64,000 bases of DNA from Cycas panzhihuaensis (Eukaryota > Plantae > Cycadophyta): positions 164,369,741 to 164,433,740 of the forward strand of contig CM041465.1 in NCBI GenBank assembly GCA_023213395.1, written 5' to 3'. This document shows positions 1 to 13,016 of this stretch, one piece after another. Below the pieces are notes generated by a model. That model did no database searches and was not told the DNA's origin. It was given only the letters and a program-made list of their open reading frames with translations. Made by a program: the position numbers and the translations under genes. Each line of letters starts with the position of its first letter. Position 1 is the stretch's first letter.

Positions 1-1662
1 ACTTGCTTAAAGAACCTTTCCTGTCCCTAAATATTGAATATCTTTGGCCACTCTTTCTTCTACCTCATGCCACGAACCCCTTAAGGTAAAAGGTATATTA
101 CATAAAACGCCTTTAACCATTCTCATTGATAATGGTGCTTCACTTAATTTTATTGATATCTCCCTTGCTTAGTATTTGAATTTACATATGATTCTAAAAA
201 TGGGTTTCACTTGCTCTCTTCCAACCTAGTAAATACTCCATTATATAGGGATCATCAAAAGCTTTCATATTCAAATAGTGACATATCATTTAATATATGA
301 TTTCTATGCTCTTTCTATTGGAGGATTAGATGCCATCCTATGGGTCTAAGAACTATAAACTCTAAGCATCTATAATGCCAATAACTCCTCTACCAATCTA
401 TTTATACTTTTTAAAGATCATCTTGGGAAAACTCACAAGCTCCATGGCATTCCACCACCTCTTAGTCATAAATACTAAAACTAGTGTAGACTTAACAATT
501 TAGGAGGACTGATAAATACATCTTGCTATTTCAATTATAAAACTAATATTATGAAATGGGAAAATGTTGCCCATAATCAATTTCCAAACTTGTATTACAT
601 TTCAATATATGTGTTCCATCAATGGTTTCATCGTAGTCCAAAATGTTTCATAAGTTTTATATTTTATATTCATAATGCTTGCACATGTATCTAATTGGCA
701 TGCAATTCACTCTTGCACTCATTCACTTTATACAATACAGTATTTGGTGGCCTTGTCATAGGTTTTATAGCTTGTTTGCCATATGGGCTAACTACATATC
801 AATTAATATCCTCAATAAGTTTCTTGTCAATTTCCATGATGTCATAATTTGTTTTTCTTGTTTATTCTAATCTCATAGACCAGAGTAAACACTTCTGAGT
901 GAAGTCCACTAAGGGCACCTATCAGTGCAAAATTAACTTAAGATTCATTACCTGCTTAACAATATTAAAGTATGTCCTTTCATACACCTCAATGGTATGT
1001 CCTTCCATATACCATAAAAGTCTACAACTCTTTACCCCAATTCATAACATCCTTTATACTTTCCATTTCAATGAAATTCCATCCACCACTTCCCAAACTT
1101 TCTTCTCTATCCATAATAACAAACAAGTTATCACTGGCTCTCCTGATATCATTCAAGCTCATCATGACATTTTTTAGTTTCTCATCCAATGGGTCAACTC
1201 TAAGCTAGAAGTAGCAGAATGGGAGCTCGCATTGAAGTTTACATATCTATTTAAACTTTGTCTCAACTTCAAGGACTCAACATCTCAGGGGAGAAGACAT
1301 GTGACATAACTATCCTAACTGTGGGACCTAATTATTAGTACATGTGACCGTAAGACATGACGACTAGTGCTAATCCTTAATATATGTGTAAGTTGCCTAC
1401 TCCTATTGATAGTATTCATGTAAAAAGACCACTCTTGTCTATATAAGGCCTTAAAGAAGTAAACTAAGGATTATTGTATATTTGAAATTTTGTGTATTTG
1501 GTGTACTGTAGTACTACATTAGTTATCTTTAGTGGTTTTATTTTGTATTATATTATCTTTTGTAATAAATTTTATCTTGTTGCATTTATATTTTGTTTGT
1601 TATGTCCTTTGAGTTCTTCCCTTTACATACTTTGTAATCATTTATGGGATAGGTACATCCCA
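1..1662 (+). mobile_element. Gypsy-1: internally deleted chromoviral Ty3/gypsy remnant (protease, integrase tail/chromodomain, 3' LTR) inserted in Copia-1 gag; 5' part outside window
   Basis: ~80-160 reads KVKGILHKTPLTILIDNGASLNFID (aspartic protease). ~1178-1226 reads FLIQWVNSKLEVAEWE (chromodomain-like). Polypurine tract aggggagaagac precedes TG at 1300. No RT recognisable between protease and integrase tail. Confidence 0.75.
1300..1662 (+). repeat. 3' LTR of Gypsy-1
   Basis: Begins TGTGACA after PPT, contains ctatataag TATA box, ends ...ATCCCA. Copia gag (NQLYNLKM) resumes immediately after. Confidence 0.7.
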
Positions 1663-3253
1663 AAATCAATTGTACAACCTTAAGATGACAAGTACTATGG
1701 CAAAACACATGCAATAGATTGAAGTAGTGAAGAACCAACTCAATACAATTGGTACAATAGTCACCAATAATGAGCTAATCACCTTGATTTTGAAGAGTCT
1801 ACCAAAATCTTATGAGAGTTTTATAACTAACTTGACAATAACTACTAAGCTTAACAAAATCACCTTTAATGAATTTGAAGGTTTATTATTATAGCACGAT
1901 GTTGAGAGGAAATGATAAAAGGTGAATCATCAGCCACATATGCAATAAGATATAATAATAAGAAACCTGTTGTGGGATCATGAGGATGGTCCAATATTTT
2001 TTAGTGGCCCAAACAAGTCAAAGGTGACAATATGTCAACATTGTGGCAATACAAGTGATTTGCAAAAGGATTACAACAAAGGGAAATATGATCTAAAGGA
2101 AAAAACAATCTAGTTAGTTTGCAAATAATGAGGAATCAAAAGGCAAACATTGCTTCATCCCTACTTGTCAGTTAGAGTATACTAGAGATTATGCATCATA
2201 TATTGACTCAAGAGCCTCTTGACGTATGACACGTTATAATGGTTCTGTCATATGTATGAGTCAAAATGTTAGTCTATTATACTTAAAGATGATATTGTAT
2301 TGATAATGAATGGAATTGGTGAAGTTCCAATGGTAACTCCTAATGGGGGTAATGTCTACATTTATAATATCTTATATGTGTTGAGATTAAAGGAAAATTT
2401 GATCTCAGTTGGCCAAATTAAACAAAAGAGCCCAAGTGTGAACTTTGAACATAGCAAATGCATTCTCATAAACAAGAACAAAAATGCTATTGCAACATCG
2501 ATGGTCTCTACAAATTGAAAGGAAAATCCGTAAATCATAATGCATTCATTACTAATGTGTCTAAAAAAAAAATCAATTACAACATGAGTGCATGGAACAT
2601 TTAAATTATGCTTGTCTTTAGTCAATGTTCAAATTGAATATGATTTATTGCTTACTTAATCTTGTCACTAAACGTTGTTTGTGTGAGGCTTGTATAATCC
2701 ATAAACAACACAATAAAAATTTTGAGAAAAATAAAGCATGGTATACAAAAGAGAAATTAGGTTTAGGTCATTTTGATACATGTGGATCAATGCCAATAAC
2801 ATCATTTGGAGGTGTTAAGCATCTTATAACCTTCATTGATAAATTTTCTAGGAAATTTTGGGTTTCTCCCACAAAGAATAAATTATAAACCTACCTTTGA
2901 TATGCTCAAACAAATCAAATAAGAAGTTGAAAATCAATATGAACACAAGCTCAAGATCCTCAGAGCTAATAATGGAAGTGAGTACACTTCTAACGAATTT
3001 TATCATGATTTTAAGGATTAAGGAATCAAGAGGTAGTTCACAAGTACATATATGCCAGAACATAATGGAGTTGTAAAAAGATTGAATAGGACATTGGTTT
3101 AAAAGGCTGATAAATGATGAAAGGTAGAATTTGTCAAATTCATTTTGAGTTGAAGTTATTAATACAACAATTTATTTGACAAACATGAGCTCCACCAAGG
3201 TGGTTTGAGATGTAACACCTGAAGAGGCATGGTCTAGTTTAAAATCAACAATA

Positions 3254-3674
3254 TGTAGCATTCTTCTTAATTGTTGGTTGAATTCCACTTTACATTCTGA
3301 CCTACTTTCTTCTTTAGAAAACTAACTTCTATTATTAATTATGTATATAGTGTAGTCTACCCCCATTTGTAGTTATCATATATACTTTCAGATCTACTAT
3401 TTTCAGTCCTAGTTGGGACTAATCTAGGAAAAAACCTCGTTTCAAAGAGGGAGATTTCTAAGGTTATTAGTAGTTGTAAATTCTTAACACTTATTAATAT
3501 TTCATTCTATAATTAATTCTATGATCAATATTTTAGTGAATGTCTTAAAACTCTATCTTTTTTTTCTATGAATAGATTATATTACATAGTATATCTAAAG
3601 GTTTTTCTATAAAATAACCTAATCTTGTGTGCATTTCTATCACTATAGAGTGAATCCCTATCAAGAGTCCCACA
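3254..3674 (+). repeat. 5' LTR of Gypsy-2
   Basis: TGTAGCA...CCCACA; direct repeat of 8758-9183. Confidence 0.9.
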
Positions 3675-6600
3675 AGTGGTATCAAAGTCTCGTTCCTTCG
3701 GCCACCAAATTTTGTAAATAAGATTTTAGCAATCAATACTATTAAAATTCTTGCACAGATTATCATATCATGTTAACATACTGATAATGACTTATGTAAT
3801 CAAGCAGGTAATTATGTGAAGCATTAAGTAATATGTAATTTATAATGAACAATAAATAAAATGTGAATTATTCATCAAGCATTTATGATAAATATTAAGC
3901 ACATTAAGTGAAATATGCACACATCAATATAGCAATGTATACACAAGAAAGATATCATCATGAGACATTAGATTTATACATGAAAAACCTTGTTGATTGA
4001 TCATGTGATTACATTTATCTACCTACTTGATTATATAAGTTATCAAAATGTTAACATAGTGTGACAACTTATTAAAAAATTTTAACATAATATCAAAGCT
4101 TTGCATAAATCATTTCATAAATTTTAACAAAAACACTTATTTTAGCACGTAATATATTGCAAACAATAATACCATAGCTAATATCACATGTACCTTAGGT
4201 TTAAAGGGGCAATTTTTTTTTCCCTATAATGGAATTAAGATCTAGGAAGATCCTTGTACCGTGTAAGATGGTAAAGCACTCGTTAATAATATTAGAAGAT
4301 ATTACTAAAAGAATAGATTATTTAACCATGAAAATGGCCTTCAGGCCCAAAGAAATAAAGTATGAAGTAGGAACTTAATTGGAGTAAATAAGGGTTGAAA
4401 TGAAAAATCAAAATGAATAATTCATAAGAAAATTTGACAACTTACAAGGATTGTTAAAAGGTCCTAAATTAGACAACAATAAGGATGAAGTAAGAACCTC
4501 CAATAGTGACGGAGTTTCTAGCCACCACGAAGAGAAAAAGAAACAAAATTCAAAAGTGGTCATAAATATGGACTAAAATACTCCAAGTTTCTCTTAGACA
4601 AATTTAACTCAAAAATCAAAGAATATTTAAAGCTAGATTATTCAGATGGATCTTTACTTTGAAATGCAACTCAAATTATGAACCAAATATTGGTTGTATC
4701 CCTCTATCTATGTGGCAAAGTGATCAAATGGTTCCATTGGTGGAGTAGGGATCATAAGGAAATAACCCATTACAACTATGATTTTTTGAAAACCTTGTTG
4801 ACAAAATAATACAAAGACACTTACAGCATAGATTACTTCTCACAACTAATGATTCTATAGCAAAGAAGCATTGTCCAAGCTTACATAGAGGAATTCTAAA
4901 ACCTATAGAGCTTGCTTATCTCTAAAATTAACTTTGACTTATTACTTGAAGTTTATATCAAAGGCCTCAAAGGAAATATCAAGTTTTGACTAAAAACATT
5001 GAATGTAGGGTTGTTAAAGGAAGCAATTAGACAAGAATAAAATATAAAAGTAAAATTTAGATAGTAACATCAGAATTTTATTTATATAGATGACCATCTC
5101 ATACCTATGGGGTAAAGTAGTAGAGTAAATTGGTTCCAATCAGGCACAAAAGTTGACCCACCACTTACATAATAGAATAAAAGCAAACATTCAAAGGAAA
5201 AACACCTTTGAAGAGGGACATGCTCTGACTGCAACAACAAATGGAGCCAAGATCATAAATGTCCAGCAAAGAAAGTCTTCATGCAAAACAATGAAGAGAA
5301 AGTATAAGAGGAGGAACTAGAAAAAACATAATTACTAGAGGAAAATGAAGAAAAAATAGAGGAATTACTGAATGACATGGATTTCCAAAATTCTAAAATT
5401 TCTTTGTAGGTAATTATCAAAGAGGCAAACACACCATAGACACTCTGCTTCAAAGAGACCATCGTGAATGACAACATATTGATGTTAGTAGATAGTGATA
5501 ATACAACTAACTTCATCCACAAACTAATAACAATCAAGATTAGACTCTAAGTTAAGTTGTTAAAGTAATTCAATGTCAGAATAACCAATGGAAAGAGTAT
5601 GCCATATAGAGGATTTTTGTGACAAGGTCCACCTACAAATCTTTAACTACTCAGTAAGCACATGTATGTTTGCCATACCTATTGGAGGGGTTAATGTGGT
5701 TCTAGGAATGCAATGTCTTTAGAACTTGGAGATCATTGTCATCAGCTATAAAATACGATTCATGAGTTGCTTTTAGAAAAGATGTAAATACAAACCACAG
5801 GTCCTTACCACACCCCAACTTAGCGTCATCTCATCGAATGGAGAAAGCTTCAGAAGAAAACAAAATCCTATAGCCTATATTATGTCTTACAACAAAGTTT
5901 CAATTGAAGATGTTCCATAGGAAGTCTAAGTTGTCATTGATTAATGTGGTAGAGTCTTTGAGGATTTACTCAAGGAGCTATCATTGCCTTGTGGAAATAA
6001 ACATGCAATTGAGCTAGTACCTGGAGCTACACCAATAAATATTTGGCCCTACAAATACTCGTACCAATTCCAAAAAGAAAATAGAGTAGATCATCAAAGA
6101 TTTACTATAACAAGGGTTCATTGCATCCAACACCAACCTATATGCTTCACAAATGATTCTGAGTTGAAAAAAGGATGTATTCTATCAAACGTGCATCAAT
6201 TATCATACCTTCAATAAATTGACAATAAAAAATAAATATCCAATTCTACAAATTGATAACCTATTAAACAAACTACATAGAGCCAAATTCTTTTCTAAAA
6301 ATGATCTTTGGTTTCGTTATTATCAGATCTATATTAAAATTGAAGATGTATACAAGATAACTTTCAAAACACACAATGGACTATTTGAGTTTTGGGTGAT
6401 GCCTTTTAGACTAATAAATGCCCCAACAACCTTCCAAAGCATTATAAATGGGATGCTAAAACTATTCATAAGGAAGTTTATTCTAGTATTCTTTGACGAC
6501 ATGTTCATCTATATTCGAACTTGGCAGGAGTATTTATAGCAAATTCAAGCAATATTAAAAGTTTTTGAAGATAACCAATTCTTCACAAACGACGCTAAAT

Positions 6601-8757
6601 ACACTAGTGGATGAATAGAGCTAAATATTTAAGACATATCATCATATAAGGAGTTGTCAAAATAAACCCCCAAAAACTCCAAGCCAATGTGGATTGGCCC
6701 ACTCCCAAAAATGTCACAAGTGTTGGGAGTTTCTTGGATGCTACAAAATTCTTATATCACTTCATCAAAGGTTACATAGGGATAGTTGTACCATTGATTG
6801 ATTTAACAAAAAAGAAAGCATTCTTATTAGGCAAACTAGTAGAAGAGGCTTTCTAAAAATTAAAGAAAGCAGCAAACTAGTAGAAAAGGCTTTCTAAAAA
6901 TTAAAGAAAGCCATAATAACAACCCTAGTTTTAGCCATACCAGATTTTAGGTAGACCTTGGAGTTGGAATATGATACTTTAGGAGTTAGAATAGGAGTGG
7001 TCCTCATCTAAAACAACTACCCCTTAGCCTATGAAAGTCAAAAGCTAAATTTAAAAGAACACTTGAAGCATGTTTATAATGAGGAGATACTTGCAATCAT
7101 ACACGCCATCCACCAATGGTGCAAATATCTATTAGGGAGCAAACTCATTATCAAAACTAATCATGAAAGCCCAAAAAAATTTCTAGATAAAAATTCATTG
7201 ATGGGGGAAAAATAAAAATGGGTAAGCAAGTTATAATATTTTGATTTAGACATCATATACAAGGAAGAGAAGGAGAATGTAGTCAAAGATGCATTATCTA
7301 GGATTCCAAAAGATGCAACTTTTCAAGAAATATCAGTCATTACTCCTAGCTAGATGCAAGATCTTTCTTAGGAGTACTTGCACGACCCAATATCACAACA
7401 AATTCTATAGAAGATCTAAGATGGGATACAGATATAATACAAATTCAAAATTGACCTAATATTACACCATAGGAAGAACATTATCCCATAAACATCGACA
7501 TTAAAAAGTAAGATTCTATAAGAGGTACACTCAACACCACTACTAGGATATATCAACATTGATAAGATGTATTAACAAATCTACAACACATTTTTCTGGA
7601 AGAGAATGAAAGTAGATGTTTATAAATTTGTATTAGAATGTGATGTTTGCTATTGTTTCAACCATTACACGTACCAGATCATAAATGGGAAGAGATTTCA
7701 ATGGATTTTATAATAAGCCTTCCCAAATCAAAGGGTAAAGATGCAATTTTTGTCACAATCTATTAATTAAATAAATATGTACATTGTAGAGGCACTCGAG
7801 CCATAGTCAAGCCTAGTTAGAAAGTTGACCTGTTCATTAAGGAAATCTATTGACTGCATATTTTCTTAAAGTCATTGTAAACGACTGTGACACAAAATTT
7901 ACAAGCATTTTTTTGTGAGAGATGTTTTGATAAGTACGCACCAAACCCATAATAAGTGTAGCATATCATTCACAAATAGATAACTAGACAAAAGTAATAG
8001 ACAAATGTCTAGAAGAATATCTTTAAAATTTCTCATTAGGCAAATAAATGTACTATCATAAATGATATGGTTGAATGGTGGTACAATAACCTTTATTACT
8101 CATTAGCCAAAATGACCCCCTTCTAGGCTTTGTATGGGTATGAACCCTCATCCCTCCTCACCTAAGTCAATAACTCCTATATGTTGGTTGTACAAGGCCA
8201 ATAAGAATAGATGACTCAAACAGTGTGAATCTTGAAGGACAATCTCAATTTAGCAAGAAACCACATAGAGTAACAAATTAATTTACATAGGTCAAAGTGA
8301 TCTTTTAAGATAGGAGATTGAGTATTCTTAAGGCTTTAACATTACAAACAAACAACCTTCCAACAAACAAGAAATCTCAAAGTGCAACCACATTTTTGTG
8401 GACCATATCAAATTTTGGACAAGATTGGAGAGAGTTTATTAGCTTGATCTACCACCCACCAATAAAATCCATAATATATTCCATGTCTCATACCTTAAAC
8501 CTAAATTAGGATAAACCACAATGACCTAAACCAAACTCCCTATTTTAAACAACAAAGAGAAGCTGGTTGTAGATCATAAATGTATTCTTTAGATTAGGAC
8601 TAAGCAACTACGTTCCAAGGAGATTTACTAGTATTTGATAAAGTGGAAAGACCTTGATGAAGAGAATGCAATATGCAAATAGAATAATGGTACCAATAAC
8701 ATTTGCATAACCCCATGCTTTAAGGGCAAAGTATGTTCTTAAGGGGGGTGAGGAACT

Positions 8758-9183
8758 TGTAGCATTCTCACTAATTGTTGGTCAATTTCTACTTTAAATT
8801 CTTGCCACATTCTTTTTTTTTTATATGACTTATATTGTTAATTCCATTCTTTGCCTATATATAAGGCAACTTACCCCACTTTATAATCATCACATGCACT
8901 TTTGAATATGCTATTTTTAGTCCTAGTTGGAATTATTTAGGGAGGACACCTCATGTCAAAGAGGGAGTTTTCTCATAGCAATTGTAAGTTCATGATAATT
9001 ATTAATATTTCAGGCTATAATTAATTCTACGATCAATATTCTAGTAAATGTTTAAAAAATCTCTCTTTTTATTTTTGCAAATAGCTTATATTACATAGTA
9101 TATCTAGAGTTTATTTTATAAAATAGCCTAGTCTTGGGTGTATTTCTATTGTTTTAGTGTGAATCCTTGCCAAGATTTCCACA
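8758..9183 (+). repeat. 3' LTR of Gypsy-2
   Basis: TGTAGCA...TTCCACA after PPT, followed by TSD CAATA. Confidence 0.9.
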
Positions 9184-10554
9184 CAATAAGCCATCATAAA
9201 ACCTTTGGTTACATAACGTGCATGTAAATTCTAAAGGAGAAACAACAAAAATTTGATGATAAAAGCTTCAAATATATTTTTATTAGTTACAGTGAAGTAA
9301 GCAAAGCTTATAGGGTAATAGAGTTAAAAATAAAGAAAATACATATAATGTGCGATGTTATTTTTTAATAAGGTAAAAAAGAAATTGATTTAAGCTCATT
9401 GCAATTCCCTCAAAGCAAAGGAAAAGAGATTGAAGAACAACTTAAACAAGTTCTTCCAAGCAAATTGGTGATTTAGATCCTAATAACACAATGATTGATA
9501 ATGTTGATGATGTTGAGGATACTAAAAATGAGGTCACTTATTTCCCCAAAGAAAACCCAAATAGCATCTTAGATAGTTTTTGATACACAATTACCCAAGA
9601 CGAAAAATGCAAATACAAATTGAGATCTACATAAGAGGTCAAGAGTGTATTTCTTAAAGGAGAATTAACAAAACAAGTTTATACGGAACAACTGCCAGGA
9701 TAGGTTGAAAAACATAAGGAGCATTTAGTATGTCACCTAAGGAAGGCTTTACATGGTTTGAAATAGGTGCCTAAAGCTTGGCAATCCAAGATTGATGAAT
9801 ATTCTCTAAAGAGTAGATTTGTGAGATTTGTAGAAGACTTAAACATATACATAAAAGCTCAAGGTGGCAAGTTTATAACCTTTGTTATGTTGTATGTTGA
9901 TGATTTGGTGATATCAAGTAATGATACTTCAATGGCTGAAGACTTGAAGAAATGTTAGAAAAATAATTTTGAAATAAAAAGCCTTGATCTACTCCATTAT
10001 TTTCTTAGAGCAGATGTTTAGCAAAGACCCAATAAGATATTTATCCCTTAAGCTAAATACACATAGGAACTACTAAAGTGATTTCAAATGGAAATTTGTA
10101 AATTTGTAATGACTCTAATGAAAATAGATTTGAAATTATTAGCACAAGGTGAATGAAAGCAGGTAAATGATACTTTGTATAGGCAACAAGTTGGTAGTTT
10201 ATCTTATTTGACTACAACTAGATCCAACAATGTCTATAGAGTTGGTATGGTATCTAATTTTATGATAGAACCAAGGCAAAGTCATTGCAAAGGTGCAAAG
10301 CGAATATTTTGATCTTTACATGGAACTTTGTAATATGGACTTGAATTTTCTCATAATGATAACTTCAAGTTGATAGGATTTTCTAACTCTAGTTAGGTCA
10401 GATATGCTAATAATAGAAATAATAAGAAACAACCCAGTGTTACACTTTCATCAATTGAAGCAGAATATAAAGTAGCAATTGAAACAACATATGAAGCCAT
10501 TTGGTTGAAATAAATTCTTGGTGATTTAAGTCTGTATTAGGAAGATGTTACAAA

Positions 10555-10907
10555 TGTTAGAGGTTAATGTTTATTTTGAGGGGTCATGAACCCCCTCCCT
10601 CCTTTGTTTTTGTATTATAATGTATTAGAATTATAATTATTCATAAGTGATGAGTCAATAAGAGGTCACCACTCTCATATCACATCTATTAAATTAGATA
10701 GGAATATCATTCTTGTAATTAGTATGTAAAATAGATATAGGCCAGTTGTAATTAAGAAAAGGTAGAAAAGTGAAGTGAGGATCATTAAATTAATGTAATA
10801 TGTAACTATTATTGAATAAATATTTATTAAAATTTTAGAATTGATTTCTAAGATTTTGATAGCTAATCCTATCAATTAATGCTCTCAGTGCATACCCTAT
10901 TGCAATA
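10555..10907 (+). repeat. 5' LTR of Copia-2
   Basis: Matches 17108-17221 joined to 37189-37431. Confidence 0.88.
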
Positions 10908-13016
10908 TTCATGGTATCAAAGTTGGTTTTATGGTGTATTTTTCAACTGTAATTGCTAATTATACACTTGTTCTATTTATTGATAATGATTATTATATTA
11001 AACATGTATCAAATTTAATTTTGTAGTTGAGTTATTCAGTTATTAAGAAAAATCTAATATGCATGTTGTTGAGTTCAAGTTGCAAGCAACTGAATGTTGA
11101 TTGTAGGCTTGAAGAATACATGCAAAAGAAAATATAACATGGAAATTTGTCAAGGTAGGCAAACAAATATATCTCACATGCAAGTTAAGAAAGTAACATA
11201 TAAGGAGAGACTTAAAGTTTACTATGAGGATGATTATTTAGGCCACATATAATTTGATGATCTCTTATTCATACATGTTGTTGAATGATCCATGTTTCTT
11301 ATGCTCTTGAGGTTCTTTGATGATTATTAAATGGACGATAATATGATCTCTATTGATCACTAGACAATTTACTATCTTTTGTTGAAAATGATTGTTATTG
11401 GTTATTATTAAAAAGAAGAAAAAAGAAAAACATTTTTTAAAAACTATTAAAGATAACTTTGGATTAAAAATAGAATATTCCATATGTATAACATAGTATT
11501 GAAACTATATAAAAATCAAGATTTTTTATTGATGTTTCGTTGTGGTGACTTGTGACTTATGAAGCATATCGATTGACGTCAAACTAACCAATAGACACCA
11601 CTACAGAGATAGTCTGCCTAACGTTGTAGAACAAAAACACCCATTGCTAAAGAGCACATGCTAAAGCTACATGAACGTTACACGGATTTAGAGACACAAA
11701 GAAGATAGAGATGCCAATGATTAATGCTCACATTAACACACCATTCTGAGATGCCCATATAAGGATGCAAAGACACAGAAATGCAAAACATCCTCCCACA
11801 ATCAGACAGTCATCATAGAGACAAGAAGAACACCTAAGCAAGAAGAACGTAGATAGAATGAAAAGCCACCCACAACCAACAATTGAGTAGCTCATCAGGG
11901 AATGAACATAAGATGAGAATAATGCCTAAACATAGAAGATCACACCCATTATGAAAGAGAAGCTAACACCAATGTGAAGGAAATAAGAAATAAGCCATCA
12001 CCCAAACATTGAACATAGAATAGCACAAGTAAGGAAGCACCCATCATAGGTGCAATAAACACCAACTTAATAGACCGAAATCATGTAGATAAGAAGAATA
12101 AATATGCTCAGGCGAGAAAGGTTGGAGTTGAATGCCAACACATATAATGGGTTGCCCATGCAGAGATCGAAGCCACGGATACCAACATACCATACTAGAG
12201 GGCTACAAACCCACCAACACAGGATAAGAGTAGTCACCCAACACATACATAGAGGTTGCACACATAGATATAGGTGTAAAAGAGGCTAACAAAGACTTAA
12301 AGACTGAGGCCAACCTGAATTGAAAGAGACCAAACTTGGACGAGGGAGGAAGACCACTCAATTTTTGCATGCCCATTGTTGTCAGATGCCATGAAACTAT
12401 TCAATGTAACCTATTAGACTGATTGTTGTTAGTGTAACTACATAGTGATAAAGAAAGTTTGATAAAAAACAACTTTCTGTAGTAGATGCAATTGATTTTG
12501 TGGAGAGGTTCATCTGTCACCCATGCATTTTTGAAAAATATTCTCTTACAATATATTTAAATTAACTTTAGGTTTAAAATTATTAAACTTTTTATAGAGT
12601 TTAGTGATATTGAATTAGATTGTAATGTAAGTTGAAGTCTGTAAGTCAACCCCTACTTGCTAGCCCTTGATCACATGGTTATTTAGGTGTTAGAGATTTT
12701 TTTGGATCACTAGGAGCATGTTTTTTTAAAATAAATATACCACGGTGACTAGTTTTTCTAGAGCTTTCATTTGGCAGTAGTTACATGCTACATTTTCATA
12801 TAAAATTTTACTGAAAAAGTAAGTTTTTAAGTGGTATTCTGGTTGCTTGTGAGTAGACCAAGGTAGACAACCACTTATGCCAACTACCTGCATATAAGTT
12901 GAAGACTCTTACAATCATTTTCTTCATTTTCATGTATGTTCTTCTTGCTTTTTAGTTGATTTTTGTTGCTTACTACTTGAAAATTGGCCACTAGAAGTGG
13001 AACACTAGGAGAAATC

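Larger units (their letters stand above)
3254..9183 (+). mobile_element. Gypsy-2: full-length decayed chromoviral Ty3/gypsy (gag-PR-RT-RH-INT-chromodomain)
   Basis: LTRs 3254-3674 and 8758-9183. TSD CAATA at 3249-3253 and 9184-9188. PBS tggtatcaaag at 3677 (tRNA-iMet type). PPT aaggggggtgagg. RT motifs KNKYPILQIDNLL and LVFFDDMFIY. Chromodomain YLIKWKDL at ~8630. Confidence 0.92.
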
